From NCBI GenBank assembly GCA_963790305.1, contig CAWBOC010000007.1:64001-128000 (forward strand): DNA of 64,000 nucleotides, given 5' to 3'. Shown here piece by piece: positions 39,010 to 51,859 of this stretch. The position numbers and the translations under genes are program-made. This stretch comes from an uncultured Gemmatimonadaceae bacterium (GTDB lineage Bacteria > Gemmatimonadota > Gemmatimonadetes > Gemmatimonadales > Gemmatimonadaceae). Under the pieces are notes generated by a model. That model was given only the letters and a program-made list of their open reading frames with translations, searched no databases and was not told the DNA's origin. Positions within the stretch are counted from its first letter, which is position 1. The number at the start of each line of letters is the position of its first letter.

Positions 39010-40740
39010 CTACGAGCTCACCACCGCGCCTTCCGGTCGAGCCGAAACGGGAGCCTCGACGAAGTACGCGTTATACGCGTACTGCATCACCATTCTCTGC
39101 GTGTTGAAGTACGACCCGTTCACCGCAATCGCGTTTCGCATTACCTCGGCGTACGCGTACGGCAGCCCGTAGAACATCGGGAGGATGATCCGCTCCAGCT
39201 TGTCGTAGAGATCGGTCGCGTCTCCGGAGGGATCGCGCGGACGCTCGCGAGTGCCGCCGATGCCCCACCCGGTCGTTCCCTCGTGGCAGCCTTCGATCCA
39301 CCAGCCGTCGAGCACCGAGAAGCTCGGAACGCCGTTGAGTGCCGCCTTCATCCCGCTGGTGCCTGACGCTTCGAGCGGCGGAATCGGATTGTTGAGCCAC
39401 ACATCGCAGCCCGACGTGAGCACGCGGCCCAGGCTCATGTCGTAGTTCTCGAGGTACACCACGCGGACCGCGGCGCCGAGCTGATGCGACGCCTCGAAGA
39501 TCCGCTTGATGATGTCCCGGCCGTTGCCATCGCGTGGATGTGCCTTGCCCCCGTAGACGATCTGAAGCGGCCCGGTGTGCTTCGCGATCGAGCGCAGCCG
39601 CTCGAGATCCGTGAACAGGAGATCGGCCCGCTTGTATGGGGTCGCGCGGCGCGCGAAGCCGATCGTGAACGCCTTGGCGTCGAGCTGAACGCCGGTGCGC
39701 TGCACCACCTCGTCGAGCAGCGCGCGCTTGGCGCGGGCGTGCGCCTCACGAATCTCGTCGAGCGGGATCGTGCAGGCGTGACGAAGGAAGAAGTTGTCGC
39801 GCCGCCACTCGGGAACGAATCGGTCGAAGAGCTCACGGATGGGATCCGATGTCCACGTGACGGCGTGCACGCCATTCGTCACCGCGCTCATCGGGAATCC
39901 CGGGAACATCTCCTGCGACACTTCCTTGTGCCGGTGTGCGACGGCGTTGATGAATCTCGAGCACCGGAGCGCGAGATACGTCATGTTGAGCTTGCCGTCG
40001 TGCCAGAGCTCGGCGGCATCGAGCAAACCCGCGATGCGTGCGCCGAGGATCGCGCGCGCCAGGTCAGCGGGGAACGCGTCGTGACCCGCGGGGACGGGCG
40101 TGTGTGTCGTGAAGATGCACTGCCGCGCCACCGCTTCGATGTCCCCGACCGTCGGTGCGCGCTCTCCGCCGAGGCGCCGCTCGAGAAGGCTGAGGATCAG
40201 GAGCGACGCGTGACCTTCGTTGATGTGGTGCTGAAGCGGCTTGCCCGGATACAGCTGGGCCAGCAGCGCCGCACCGCCCATGCCTAACACGACCTCCTGG
40301 CAGAGCCGGTAGCGCGGATCGCCGCCGTACAGCGTATCGGTCAGGCCACGATCCGCTTCCGAGTTTTCGGGAAGATTGGTGTCCAGCAGATACACCGGTA
40401 CCTCGTGGTGCGACACACCGCGCACCGTGTACCGCCAGGCCCGAACCTGAACGGGGCGCCCCTCGATCTCGACCGTGACCCGGCCCGGAGCCTCGGGAAG
40501 CGTGTTCTCCGGAAACCACTCGGCGGGACTCTCGGACTGGTTTCCGTGCGTGTCGAGATGTTGGCGGAAGTATCCGCGGCGGTGCGCGAGGGTGACGCCG
40601 ACGACGGGCAGCGCCAGATCGGCCGCCGACCGCAGCGTATCGCCGGCGAGAACGCCGAGACCGCCGCTATAGGTGGGTAGCGTCTGCTCGAGGGCGATTT
40701 CCATCGAGAAGTACGCGACGCGAGGTGGAGCAACGGACAT
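39010..40740 (-). CDS. glgP: Alpha-glucan phosphorylase
   Basis: AYFSMEI, YSGGLGVLAGD, NEGH, FTTHTPVPAGHD, FARRATPYKR, EASGTSGMK. Confidence 0.95.
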   Translation of the reverse strand: MSVAPPRVAYFSMEIALEQTLPTYSGGLGVLAGDTLRSAADLALPVVGVTLAHRRGYFRQHLDTHGNQSESPAEWFPENTLPEAPGRVTVEIEGRPVQVRAWRYTVRGVSHHEVPVYLLDTNLPENSEADRGLTDTLYGGDPRYRLCQEVVLGMGGAALLAQLYPGKPLQHHINEGHASLLILSLLERRLGGERAPTVGDIEAVARQCIFTTHTPVPAGHDAFPADLARAILGARIAGLLDAAELWHDGKLNMTYLALRCSRFINAVAHRHKEVSQEMFPGFPMSAVTNGVHAVTWTSDPIRELFDRFVPEWRRDNFFLRHACTIPLDEIREAHARAKRALLDEVVQRTGVQLDAKAFTIGFARRATPYKRADLLFTDLERLRSIAKHTGPLQIVYGGKAHPRDGNGRDIIKRIFEASHQLGAAVRVVYLENYDMSLGRVLTSGCDVWLNNPIPPLEASGTSGMKAALNGVPSFSVLDGWWIEGCHEGTTGWGIGGTRERPRDPSGDATDLYDKLERIILPMFYGLPYAYAEVMRNAIAVNGSYFNTQRMVMQYAYNAYFVEAPVSARPEGAVVSS

Positions 40741-40752
40741 GAACTCTCCGAG

Positions 40753-43362
40753 TTATTCGCCAATGAGCACGGCTACCGGAAGCGTGAGAAACACCTCACG
40801 CGCCAGCAGCGTGGCACCGCCTTCAGCATTTTGTGTTTCCACGGCGCGCCCGGTGAGCGCGCACCGCCAGCGACGGGGGACATCGCTTCGAGGAAACATG
40901 ATCTCGGAGTCTCCCCACGCCAAGCCCGTCGGAATGCCTACGGTTCCAGACAATCGGACAGGCAGGCGCGTCACGGCGACGACGACCGTGGCTCCCTCGA
41001 AGGAGCGAGTGAAGGCGATGGCGTGGGCCGCGCGTTCGCCGCGGATGTCCAGGGAGACGTATCTGCCTCGCGTGAAGACCGGAGTCATCTCACGACGAAG
41101 ATGGAGCGCGGTACGCGTCACGTGCATCTTGAGCCGGCTGTCGGCGACGGTGCGCAGCATCTCCGCGCATGCCGCCGCGACATCGCCGCCGTCGAGCGTG
41201 GCGTCGAGTCGATCGAGCGTGGCGCGACGTGCCTCGAAGTCTACCTCGCGACGGTTGTCCGGATCGACCAGCGCGAAGTTCCACATTTCATCCCCCTGGT
41301 AGATGTCGGGGGTGCCCGGCGCCGTGAGGTGCACCAACAGTCGCGACAGGGCGTTACAGTATCCGGCAGGTGCCACGCGGCTCGCGAAGGTGGCCAACTC
41401 CGTCGCGAAGGTTTCGTTCTGCAGTGCGGCGCCGATATACGCCCGCACGGCGTTCTCATAGGCTTCGTCCGGTGACGTCCAGCTGGTGCGGACTTTCGCC
41501 TCACGATTCGCCTTGACCATGTATTCGACGATGCGGTCCTTCACTGCGCCCGCGGCCGCCGGGGGGGCTTCCTCCGCGGGCCATATGCCGAGCATCGTCT
41601 GGTAGATGAGCCACTCCGTCGAGGCGTCCGGGGCTGCGCCGCCGCGACCTTTCGCTCGATGGGACGCCAGCAGACGTCGCCAGCGGCGCACCGAGCGCAG
41701 CCACTCGTCCGGCATCTCACTCAGGACGTCGATCCGCGAGCGGACATCGGCGCTCCGCTTCGTATCGTGCGTCGACGTGCAGAGGAGGGAGCGCGGCCAT
41801 CGATTCTGGCGCTCGCGGTTCGCACGGTGCAGGTCGGCGACGGCGCGGGGCAGATCACGCGCGGGATCGCCGCCGACTTCGTTGAGCGACGCCAGCGGCA
41901 CATAACGATAGAGCGCGGTGTCCTCGACGCCTTTTGCCGTCGCCGGCCCGCTTGTCTGCTGGAGCCTCCCGATGAACTCGCTTGCGTGCTCATCCGGGGA
42001 TTCGAGCACCGCCGCGAGGCGATTGAGCTCGTGACTGCCTTTCCACCGCTCCCGAACGCGCGCGAGGGCGCGCTCGATGACCTCGCGATCATCACCGTGA
42101 ACGGTGCCCCGTCCGTCAATGTAGGTTCGATACACCGGCAGCGTCGCAATGAAACGACGAATGGCCGCCGCGGCCCCGGCCGCCGCCGCTCCCCGTCGCA
42201 TTCGCCGCGCACGACGGAACAGCTTCGTCAGGCGAGACACATCCGCGGCGAGCGCGGCGCGCAGCACGAGCTCCTTCCCGCGAACGGCCGCCTCTTCGAT
42301 TCCCCCACGGCCGCGAGCGCCGACCAGGCGCCGATAGCCGTCGTCGAGACGCGACGCGCCCTCGGCCGCGATGAATGCAGCCTCCAGCTCATTGAGGAAC
42401 TCGTAGCCCGTCGTTCCCTGCACGGGCCAGCTCTCGCGCAGCCGCTCTCCGGGGGAGAGAATCTTTTCGACGACGATCGGGACCGGATCGGCCGTGGATG
42501 GACGACGTCCCGCCACCTCGACACGCAGCGCGTCGAGGTAGGCCTGCGGATCGAGAAGCCCATCGATATGGTCGATGCGCAGTCCATCGATTACGTCATC
42601 CTCGACCCACTGAAGCACGAGCGCATGCGTCTCGCGGAACACCTCCGGGTCGTGCATGCGAAGCGCGATGAGGTCGTTGACGTCGAAGAACCGGCGATAG
42701 TTGATCGCGATCAATGCACGCTTCCAGAACGCGAGCCGGTACCACTGCGCGTCCACGAGCTCGCGCATCCGTGCCCGACCCTGCTTTCCTTCGTGCCACC
42801 GGGACAGGTCCGCACGCCCAAGCTCGCTCTCGGTTTCGCGCGCTACCGGAAAGGTTTTGTCGAAGTACTTGAGACGAATGCGGGCACCCTGTCGCTGGAG
42901 TGAGAGCTCGCCGCGATCCAGCACTGCTTCGAGGGTGTCGCCGAGAACGGGAACGAGAACGCGGCCCTGCAGAGATGATCGCTCCGACTCCCACTCGACA
43001 TCGAACCAGCTCGCCCACCGGGAGCGCCGACCGTTGGCCAGCATGTCCTCCCAGTAGGGATTGTCGGCACCGGTACCCATGTGGTTAGGCACGATATCGA
43101 GCAGGATTCCCATCCCCCGACCGCGAAGCTCGGACGCGAGGCCGCGCAGCTCATCCTCCGACCCGAGCTCCGGGTTGAGGCGTGTCGGGTCGGCGACATC
43201 GTATCCGTGGAGACTTCCAGGCCGGGCCGCGAGCAGCGGAGACGCGTAGATGTGCGACACGCCGAGACGCTCGAGATACGGCACCAGCCCGCGCGCATCC
43301 TGGAGCCGAAAGCCCGCGTTGAACTGGAGGCGGTAGGTCGCCGTCAGCGCGAGGGAACCCAT
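40753..43362 (-). CDS. treY: Malto-oligosyltrehalose synthase
   Basis: ATYRLQF, DIVPNHMG, NYRRFFDVN, GLRIDHIDGL, AKGVEDTA, STHDTKRS, LVDPDNRR. Confidence 0.95.
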   Translation of the reverse strand: MGSLALTATYRLQFNAGFRLQDARGLVPYLERLGVSHIYASPLLAARPGSLHGYDVADPTRLNPELGSEDELRGLASELRGRGMGILLDIVPNHMGTGADNPYWEDMLANGRRSRWASWFDVEWESERSSLQGRVLVPVLGDTLEAVLDRGELSLQRQGARIRLKYFDKTFPVARETESELGRADLSRWHEGKQGRARMRELVDAQWYRLAFWKRALIAINYRRFFDVNDLIALRMHDPEVFRETHALVLQWVEDDVIDGLRIDHIDGLLDPQAYLDALRVEVAGRRPSTADPVPIVVEKILSPGERLRESWPVQGTTGYEFLNELEAAFIAAEGASRLDDGYRRLVGARGRGGIEEAAVRGKELVLRAALAADVSRLTKLFRRARRMRRGAAAAGAAAAIRRFIATLPVYRTYIDGRGTVHGDDREVIERALARVRERWKGSHELNRLAAVLESPDEHASEFIGRLQQTSGPATAKGVEDTALYRYVPLASLNEVGGDPARDLPRAVADLHRANRERQNRWPRSLLCTSTHDTKRSADVRSRIDVLSEMPDEWLRSVRRWRRLLASHRAKGRGGAAPDASTEWLIYQTMLGIWPAEEAPPAAAGAVKDRIVEYMVKANREAKVRTSWTSPDEAYENAVRAYIGAALQNETFATELATFASRVAPAGYCNALSRLLVHLTAPGTPDIYQGDEMWNFALVDPDNRREVDFEARRATLDRLDATLDGGDVAAACAEMLRTVADSRLKMHVTRTALHLRREMTPVFTRGRYVSLDIRGERAAHAIAFTRSFEGATVVVAVTRLPVRLSGTVGIPTGLAWGDSEIMFPRSDVPRRWRCALTGRAVETQNAEGGATLLAREVFLTLPVAVLIGE

Positions 43363-45510
43363 TGTCGCTCCACGCCCAGCGCGCGACGGACCTCGGCGCT
43401 CTCGCTCATTTCCTCGAGACTCATCGTCATTCGTCGCGTCCAGCTGGGCCACTGAGCGGCCGCTACGCCGGGAAGGTTTACCGGCTCGACTTCCCCAGTG
43501 AGGTCGTCGAGCGAAAGTCCCACCAGCCAGGACGGCGTGCGCCGCAGGAACGTGTGAACCGCTTCACGCAGCGCCAGGTCGGTGGTCGGCTCCTCGTTCG
43601 CCGGCCAAAGGCCCTCCTCAATGAGCGTCGTCGCGAGCGCCTCGCGCGCCTGGGCCCGCTCCTGTCGCGCCCCTGCCACCGCACGCTGCGTGGGAATCGC
43701 TCCCACCTTCGCGCGCAGATCAATGTCGCTCTCCCGCCAGAATGCCGCGATCGTCGGCATGTCGTGCGTATTGGCTGTCGTCAGCGCGAGCGCGGGATAC
43801 GCGCGAGGGGGCTTGAACCGCCCACCCTTCGGCTCCGATTCGAAGTACATCACTTTCGAAGAGAGGACGCCCCACCGCTCGAGTGCCGGGGGAACCTCTG
43901 GTGGCACGGTGCCGAGATCCTCACCCACGATGAGAGCGTTGGCACGCACGCTCTCGAGCGCCGCGATGCCTAACAGGTCGTCGCCGGGAAAGCGCACGTA
44001 GGCGCCATCGCGGCCCTCCATGCGCGCGTGGAATCCAGAACTGCCGAAAGAGTCCGAGGACGTGGTCGATGCGCAGCGCGCCGGCGTGTCGAAGCGCCGC
44101 CCGCACCAGGCGCACCCAGTACGCGTACCCATCCTCGGCCAGCCGATGCGGGTTGATCGCCGGAAGCCCCCAATTCTGCCCCGCGGCCGCATAAGGGTCG
44201 GGCGGAGCGCCGATCGTCGGGCCATCGAGAAAGAGTCCCGGATGCATCCACGTGTCGCTGCCGTCTCGCGCTGCCCCAATCGCCAGGTCCTGATACAGAC
44301 CGACGGGCAGCGACAGCTCGCGCGCGCGCGCCTGCGCGTCGCCGAGCTGGCGGTCGAGCTCGAACTGTGACCACTGATGAAAGCGGACGCGCTCGCGCTC
44401 TTTCTCACGAAACGCCTTCACCGCGCGTCCGCGCGGATCTCGCAGCTCATTCGGCCACTCCTGCCAGGGCATACCCTGCTGCCGCTCGTCGAGCGCGCAC
44501 CAGGTGGCAAAGTCCTCGAGCTGCTCCCCCTGTGATTGGACGTACCGCGCGAACGCCCGACCACGTTCCGTCTTCTTTCCTTCGTGGTTCTCCATGAATG
44601 AGCGATGGAGGGCCTCGAGGACCGGGCGCTTCATCCTCATCACCGCCTCGTAGTCCACGTGCGATGCATCGCGCAGCTCGGCGATGCGCGGGAGGGCGCG
44701 AGCCGTCAGCGTTCGCGCATCCGCGCTGTCCGCCATCTCGGGCACCGCATCGACGTCAATGTAGAGAACATTCCCGAAGAGCCGGCTCACCGGGCCGTAG
44801 GGTGAGATGTCGTGACCCCGGTTGCGCAGCGCGTGCAGCGGATTCACGCCGACGAAAGCGGCGCCAACGTCGGCGGCCCACTCGGTGAGCCGAGTGAGAT
44901 CGCCAGTGTCGCCAACACCCCAGTTCCGCGCGCTCCGCAACGTGTACACGTTGGCGGTGAGACCCACGACGCGCCGTCCGCCAAGCAGGTCTTCGGGCGC
45001 GGCGCATTTGCGAGGCACGACGATCAGCCGCTGTGTCCCCTCCACCGACTGACCACGCGCACGTGCCGTTAGGCGCACGGTGTGGTAGCCAGGGCCGGGT
45101 GCCGCATCCAGCGGGATGTGGATCTGCCCGCGCGCGCTTTTGGTCGTGCGGCCCGCGCGCCGGACGGTTCTCCCCTGCTCATCTTCGAGCTCCACCTCCC
45201 ACTCGACGCGCGACGGCCAGCCGCGTGGAAGAGTAATCGCAATCGGCGCGGAGGCATCGGCGGTAACGCGAACCGGAGGCAGCAATTGCTCGTGCGCACG
45301 CTCGCGAAGCGCGACCAGCGCGTCGGCGGCAGCAGCGTCATCGGACACGTCGTAGCCCATGGAGCTGAGCAGCGCGGCGCGTGTACGATCGCTCGTGGCC
45401 CGCCGCTCCTTCCCAGTCTGGTCGACGTACTCGGCAATGATCCCCACCCGGTCGGCGAGCGCGCGCAACGCGCTGGCCCTGCGTCTTCCGGAGTGCTTAC
45501 GAGGTGCCAT
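43344..45510 (-). CDS. malQ: 4-alpha-glucanotransferase (GH77); one insertion near 44024
   Basis: WGVGD, GVNPLH, SPY, YQDLAIG, GAPPD, GQNWG, RIDHVLGL, GEDLG, THD, NLPG. Confidence 0.92.
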
Positions 45511-47835
45511 TCCCACCATCGGCGGCGCGCGCGACCGCGGAGTCCTCCAGTGCGAGCACGAGCGCGCCCAGCGGTGGGACCTGCAGGGCTACCGACTGCG
45601 GGTAGCCATGAAACGGTGTCTCCTCAACGGCAATCGTTGGACGCATGCCGAGCCCGCTGCCCCCGTATCGGCTGTCGTCGGTCGACATCACGCAGGGTGT
45701 AGCGCCCCGTGCTCGGCACGCCGATCCGGTACTGCTCGCGCGGAATGGGAAGGAAGTTGAGGACGACAATGACGTGCTCGTGCCCATCGTGGCGCGCATA
45801 TGAGATCACGGAGTTCTCCTCATCCGCCAGATCGATCCACGCAAACCCGGATGGGACGTGATCATTCCGCCACAGCGCGGATCGCTCACGGTACAGGCGT
45901 CCAAGGTCCTCGACGAATCGCGAGAAGCCTGCACGTTGTGGCTCACCCGCGAGGTGCCAGTCGAGGCTCGTGTCGTGATTCCATTCGGCCCAGGGCGCGA
46001 ACTCGGTGCCCATGAACAGCAGCTTCTTGCCGGGCCGCGTGTACTGGTAGGTGAGCAGCAGGCGAAGGTTCGCGAGCTTCTGCCACAGGTCGCCCGGCAT
46101 CTTCTCGAGCAAGCGAGCGCTTGAGGTGCACGACTTCATCGTGCGACAGCGGCATGATGAACCGCTCGTTGTATTCGTACACCATGGCGAAGGTGAGCTC
46201 GCCCTGGTGGAACCTTCGATACAGTGGATCACGCGCGAAGTAGCGCAGCGTGTCGTGCATCCACCCCATGTTCCATTTGAAGGTGAACCCCAGCCCGCCT
46301 TCGGACACGGGCTTCGTGACACCCGGCCAGGCGGTGGATTCCTCGGCAATGGTGATGCATCCCGGGTCCTCGGTGCGCACCGTCTCGTTGAGCTGCCGCA
46401 GGAAATCGATCGCCTCGAGGTTCTCGCGGCCGCCGTATCGGTTGCGTAGCCATTCTCCCGGTCTGCGCGAGTAGTCGAGGTACAGCATGGAGGCGACCGC
46501 GTCCACACGCAGCCCATCGACGTGGAACTCCTCGAGCCAGAAGAGCGCATTCGCGATGAGGAAGTTGCGCACCTCCGGCCGGCCGTAGTTGAAGATCAGC
46601 GTCCCCCAGTCCGGGTGCTCGCCGAGGCGCGGGTCTTCGTGCTCGTAGAGCGCGGTGCCGTCGAATCGCCGAAGCGCGAAATCGTCCTTGGGAAAGTGCG
46701 CCGGCACCCAGTCCAGCAGCACACCGATCCCCGCGCGGTGGCACGCGTCGACGAGATAGCGAAAATCGTCGGGGGTGCCATAGCGGGACGTCGGGGCGAA
46801 GTATCCGGACACCTGGTATCCCCACGAGCCGGTGAATGGATGCTCCGACACGGGAAGCAGCTCGATGTGGGTGAAGCCAAGGCGCCGCACGTGCTCGACC
46901 AGCCGCGGGGCGATCTCGCGGTACGTGAGCGGACGGTTGTTCTCTTCCGGTACGCGCGCCCAGGAGCCGAGATGGACCTCGTAGATGAGCATCGGCTCGC
47001 GGGGTGGATCACGGTGCGGGCGCTCGACCATCCACTCCCGATCTTCCCATGCATACCTCTGCTCGTCGACGACGATCGACGACGTTCCGGGCATCTGCTC
47101 CATCTTGAAGGCGAAGGGATCCGTCTTCAGCCGTGGAACGCCAGCGTGCGTGATGATCTCGTACTTGTAGAGCGCCCCGGCGCCGATCTCGGGGACGAAC
47201 AGCTCCCAGACGCCGGACGATCCCATCGTACGCATGGGATACACGCGCCCATCCCATCCGCAAAAGTCGCCCACGACGCTCACCCGGCGGGCGTTAGGCG
47301 CCCAGACGGCGAAAGCGACGCCGCTGACGTTATCAATCGTGCGGACGTGCGCGCCGAGCTTCTCCCACAGACGACGATGCGTCCCCTCGGCGAAGAGATG
47401 CGCGTCGATCTCACCGATGGTCGGCAGGAAGCGATAGGGATCATCTCGCTCCCAGGCGACGCCCCCGGAATGGTGGAAGCGAAGCCGGTATCGCAGCGGG
47501 GCGCTCGCGTTCGGCAGAAACACCGAGAACAGCGGGCCGGCCTCGCGCTCCATCGGAACCGCCTCGCGACCTTCCGGAAGCACGTCGATCGCGCTGGCAT
47601 CCGGGTGCATCGCGCGAACCACGACGCCGTTGACGCCCTGCACGGTCGTGGGGTGCGCTCCGAGAATCGAATGCGGATTGGTGTGATTTCCCGCAAGAAG
47701 ATGTCGCACGGATTCCTGGTTAGCCGCTGGTGGCGAAAAGCGCTTCGGGGCGCTCCTCGTTGGAGGTTCGGCGGTGGCGGCTGGAGCCGCCTCCATCGCG
47801 CGACGCTCCTCGCCCTCTCCCCGCTTAGCGTCCAT
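45497..47835 (-). CDS. glgB: 1,4-alpha-glucan branching enzyme; insertions near 46112 and 45692
   Basis: [57 protein letters not shown]. Confidence 0.93.
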
Positions 47836-50012
47836 AGTCCAGCACCTCGGGAGCCGCGGCGACGATGTCGTCACCGGATCGTGCCTCGACCACCAGGCGA
47901 CGATCGGGCCCGTATCGCAAGAGCATGAGCGAATGCGGCATGAGGCCGACCCAGCCCGCGTCGATCATCCGCAAGGACCCGGAGGCCGTGTCAACGAGCT
48001 GCGCCCATTGGCCCTCGTGACCGACCGCCGGCAGCGTGAATCGAACGTCGTCATCGCCCGCATTCGTGAGAAGCAGCATGGTGTCATCGCGAATGCGACG
48101 TCCCCGCTCATCGGTGTCGTCGGTGGCGTCGCCATTGACCAGAGCGCCGAGTGCCTTGTTGTGCGCGTTCTGCCAGTCCTGTTCCGTCATTTCTTGACCG
48201 TCGGGACGAATCCAAATCAGATCCTTGGGGGCCCCCTCGGTCACCGGAGCGCCGCGAAAGAAATGCCGGCGGCGGAAGACCGGGTGGGCGTGACGGATCG
48301 CCAACGCGGTTTTCGTGAACTCGAGGAGCGCCTTGCGTCGATCGTCGAGCTCCCAGTTCACCCACGAAATCTCGTTGTCCTGCGCATACGCGTTGTTGTT
48401 GCCACCCTGCGTCCGCGCGATCTCATCGCCGTGCGACAACATCGGAACGCCTTGCGAGAACGCGAGCGTCGCCAGGAAGTCGCGCATCAGCCGGAAGCGC
48501 AGGTCGAGGATGCGCTCGTCCGCGGTCTCGCCTTCCACCCCCCAATTACGACTCAGGTTGTCGTTATGCCCATCCTGGTTGTTCTCGCCATTCGCCTCGT
48601 TGTGCTTCTGCTCGTAGCTGACGAGATCGTACAGGGTGTAGCCGTCGTGCGCGGTGACGAAATTCACGCTCGCGTACACTGCGCGACCGGTTCCCTGATA
48701 GATGTCCGCCGACCCGGCCAATCGCGACGCCAGCTCGGGTGTGGTGCCATGCTCACCTCGCCAGTATTTCCGGATCGCGTCGCGGTACTTCCCGTTCCAC
48801 TCGGCCCACCGAACCGGGAAGTTGCCCACCTGGTACCCCCCGGGCCCGATGTCCCATGGCTCGGCAATGAGTTTCACCGTCGACAAGACGGGGTCCTGCT
48901 GGATGATGTCGAAGAAGGTCCCGAGCTTGTTCACCTCCAGAAGCTCCCGCGCGAGGACGGGCGCCAGGTCGAATCGGAAGCCGTCGACGTGCATCTCCTT
49001 CGACCCAGTACCGCAGGCTGTCCATGATGAGCTGGATCGTGCGCGGATGCAGCATGTTGAGACTGTTGCCCGTGCCCGTGAAGTCCACGTAGTGTCGCGG
49101 GTTCTTCGGATCCAGGCGATAGTAGGCGCGGTTGTCGATGCCGCGCAATGAGAGCGTGGGGCCGAGATGGTTTCCTTCCCCCGTGTGGTTGTACACGACG
49201 TCGAGGATGACCTCGATGCCCGCCGAATGCAGCGTCTTCACCATCGACTTGAACTCGTACACCTGGTTGCCGAGTCCCTTCGTCGCATAGCGGACGTCCG
49301 GGGCGAAGAAGCCGATCGAGTTGTACCCCCAGTAGTTCGTCAGGCCTTTCTCGGCGAGCCCACGGTCGACGACGAACTGGTGGACCGGCAGCAGCTCGAT
49401 CGCGGTAATGCCTAACGCGAGAAAGTAATCGATCATCGCATCGGAGCAGAGGCCGAGATAGGTACCGCGAAGGGGCTCGGGCACGTCCGGGTGCCGCACC
49501 GTCATCCCCTTCACGTGGCACTCGTAGATCACGGTGCGGTTCCACGGGATGCGGGGCCGCCGATCGGATCCCCACGTAAAGGCGCTATCGATGACGACGC
49601 ACTTCGGCACGCCGCCGGCGCTGTTCTCGGTGGACATCTCGAGATCCTGTTTCTCGCCGCCGACCTTGTACGCGAACAGCGCGTTGCTCCACTGAATTCG
49701 CCCCGTGATCGCCTTCGCGTACGGGTCGATCAGGAGGGTGTGCTGATTGAAGCGATCCCCCTCCTCCGGCCGATAGGGGCCATGCACGCGATAGCCGTAA
49801 TACTGACCGGGGCGAACGTCAGGCAGGTACGCGTGCCACACGTGATCGGTGAGCTCGGGCAGCACGATCTTGTGCGATTCCTTCGCATCCTCCGGGTTGT
49901 CGAACAAATGCAGCTCGACGCCCGTCGCGTGCTCGGAGAACAGGGCGAAGTTCACGCCTTCGCCATCCCACGTCGCGCCGAGTGGATACGGTTGTCCCGG
50001 CCACACCCTCAT
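47825..50012 (-). CDS. glgX: Glycogen debranching enzyme; one insertion near 48999
   Basis: [54 protein letters not shown]. Confidence 0.94.
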
Positions 50013-51859
50013 CGATCGGCCCTCGCGTATACACTCGCGCTCGCGGCGGGCACGCGCACCGTCGCCGTCGCGCCGCCGCTGTCCGGCAGACACGCCGGTG
50101 CACCACCTCGACCTCCGTACATCTCCCCCTCCGTAGAAAGCAAGAGTCGCCACGTTCCCGGCGCGCTCGTCGCCGCCGGAACCTGGCGCTCGGTTTCGCT
50201 CAGATTGAACACCGCCAGCAGCGGTGGGCCTTGCTCGGTCGTCAGCTCGAGCGTGATCCAGGAATCGCGCTCGTCGTGGGCGACACGGGCCTCAGCCTGC
50301 CCTGGTCGCAGCGCAGGCATCTGGCGGCGAAGTCGCAGCAGATCCCTGTAGAGGGCATACATCCCGGCATGCTCGCCGCTCTGACGGCGACGCCGATCCA
50401 GCCGTGATCGCTCGAACGTCTCCGTCGCTTGCGGGTCCGGAACGTCGTCGCCCCACCCGAATTGCTCGAACTCCTTGCGTCTCCCTTCGCGTACGGAGTC
50501 GATGAGCTTCGCGTCCCCGTGACTCACGAAGTACTGAAAGGGATTCGTCTCGCCGTACTCTTCGCCCATGAAGAGCAACGGCACATAGGGTGACAGGAGC
50601 AAGAGCGCGGCCGCGAGCCTGCTTTTCGACAACCCCACCAGTGAGGCGATGCGATCGCCGAATGCGCGGTTGCCCACCTGATCGTGATTCTGAATGCACA
50701 CCACGAAACGGTCGGCCGGGACACCGGTCGCCGGTGCGCCGTGGCGTCGTTTGCGGTGCAGCGAGTACCGACCGTCGAACACGAACGGAGTGCGCAGCGC
50801 CGTCGCGACGGGTGTGACGCCGCCGAAGTCGGAATAGTAGCCGTTCTTCTCTCCGGTGAGCGCTGCGTGAATGCCGTGGTGGAGATCATCCGCCCATTGG
50901 CCGTCGAGCCCGTATCCGCAGGCATCGGAGGGGCGCACGACCCGCGGGTCATTGAGGTCACTCTCGCCGATGACGACCACCTGTCGACCGAGCAGAGACG
51001 CCTGATTGCGAACCGACTCGGCGAGGTCACGCAGGATGTGCCGCGGAGAAAAATCGAAGATCCCGTGGATGGCATCGAGCCGAAGTCCATCGACGTGAAA
51101 CTCCGTCACCCAGTAGAGCGCGTTGTCGATGATGAATCGCCGAACCTCATCGGAGTGCGCATCATCGTAGTTGAGCGCCTGCCCCCACGGCGTCGTGTAC
51201 CGGCCGGTGAAATACGGACCGAACGAGCCGAGGTAGTTTCCCTCGGGCCCGAGATGGTTGTAGACGACGTCGAGAACGACGGCGAGTCCCGCAGCGTGCG
51301 CAGCGTCGACCAGCGCACGGAGCTCCTCCGGGCCGCCATACGTGCTCTGCGGTGCATACAAATGCACGCCATCATATCCCCAATTGCGTGAACCGGGGAA
51401 CTCGGCTACCGGCATGATCTCGATCGCGGTAATGCCGAGCTCGCGCAGCTCGCGAAGGTAAGGGATGACGCCGCGAAAGGTGCCCGCGTCGGAGAACGTG
51501 CCGACATGCAGCTCGTAGATGACAGCGTCGGCCATGGCAAGGCCGCGCCACCCGCCGTCCTTCCACTGGTACCGTGAAGGATCGACCACGCGCGATGGGC
51601 CGTGTACTCCGGCCGGCTGGTACCGGCTGACGGGGTCCGGAACCGCGGCACCGTCGAGCACATAACGATAATCCGCGCCGGCTCCCACCCCGCCGATGAT
51701 CTCCTCGAAGACGCCGCCGCCCGATGGAGCGAGCGGATGCGTGGCGCCGCCCTCGATCTGCACCGAGACCCGCGTCGCATTCGGCGCCCACACGGAGAAC
51801 CGCACCCCGTCGGCGACGACCGTGGCTCCGCGCGACAGCGACCAGGCGTGCAGCGTCAC
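50009..51859 (-). CDS. treZ: Malto-oligosyltrehalose trehalohydrolase
   Basis: [57 protein letters not shown]. Confidence 0.95.
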   Translation of the reverse strand: MTLHAWSLSRGATVVADGVRFSVWAPNATRVSVQIEGGATHPLAPSGGGVFEEIIGGVGAGADYRYVLDGAAVPDPVSRYQPAGVHGPSRVVDPSRYQWKDGGWRGLAMADAVIYELHVGTFSDAGTFRGVIPYLRELRELGITAIEIMPVAEFPGSRNWGYDGVHLYAPQSTYGGPEELRALVDAAHAAGLAVVLDVVYNHLGPEGNYLGSFGPYFTGRYTTPWGQALNYDDAHSDEVRRFIIDNALYWVTEFHVDGLRLDAIHGIFDFSPRHILRDLAESVRNQASLLGRQVVVIGESDLNDPRVVRPSDACGYGLDGQWADDLHHGIHAALTGEKNGYYSDFGGVTPVATALRTPFVFDGRYSLHRKRRHGAPATGVPADRFVVCIQNHDQVGNRAFGDRIASLVGLSKSRLAAALLLLSPYVPLLFMGEEYGETNPFQYFVSHGDAKLIDSVREGRRKEFEQFGWGDDVPDPQATETFERSRLDRRRRQSGEHAGMYALYRDLLRLRRQMPALRPGQAEARVAHDERDSWITLELTTEQGPPLLAVFNLSETERQVPAATSAPGTWRLLLSTEGEMYGGRGGAPACLPDSGGATATVRVPAASASVYARADR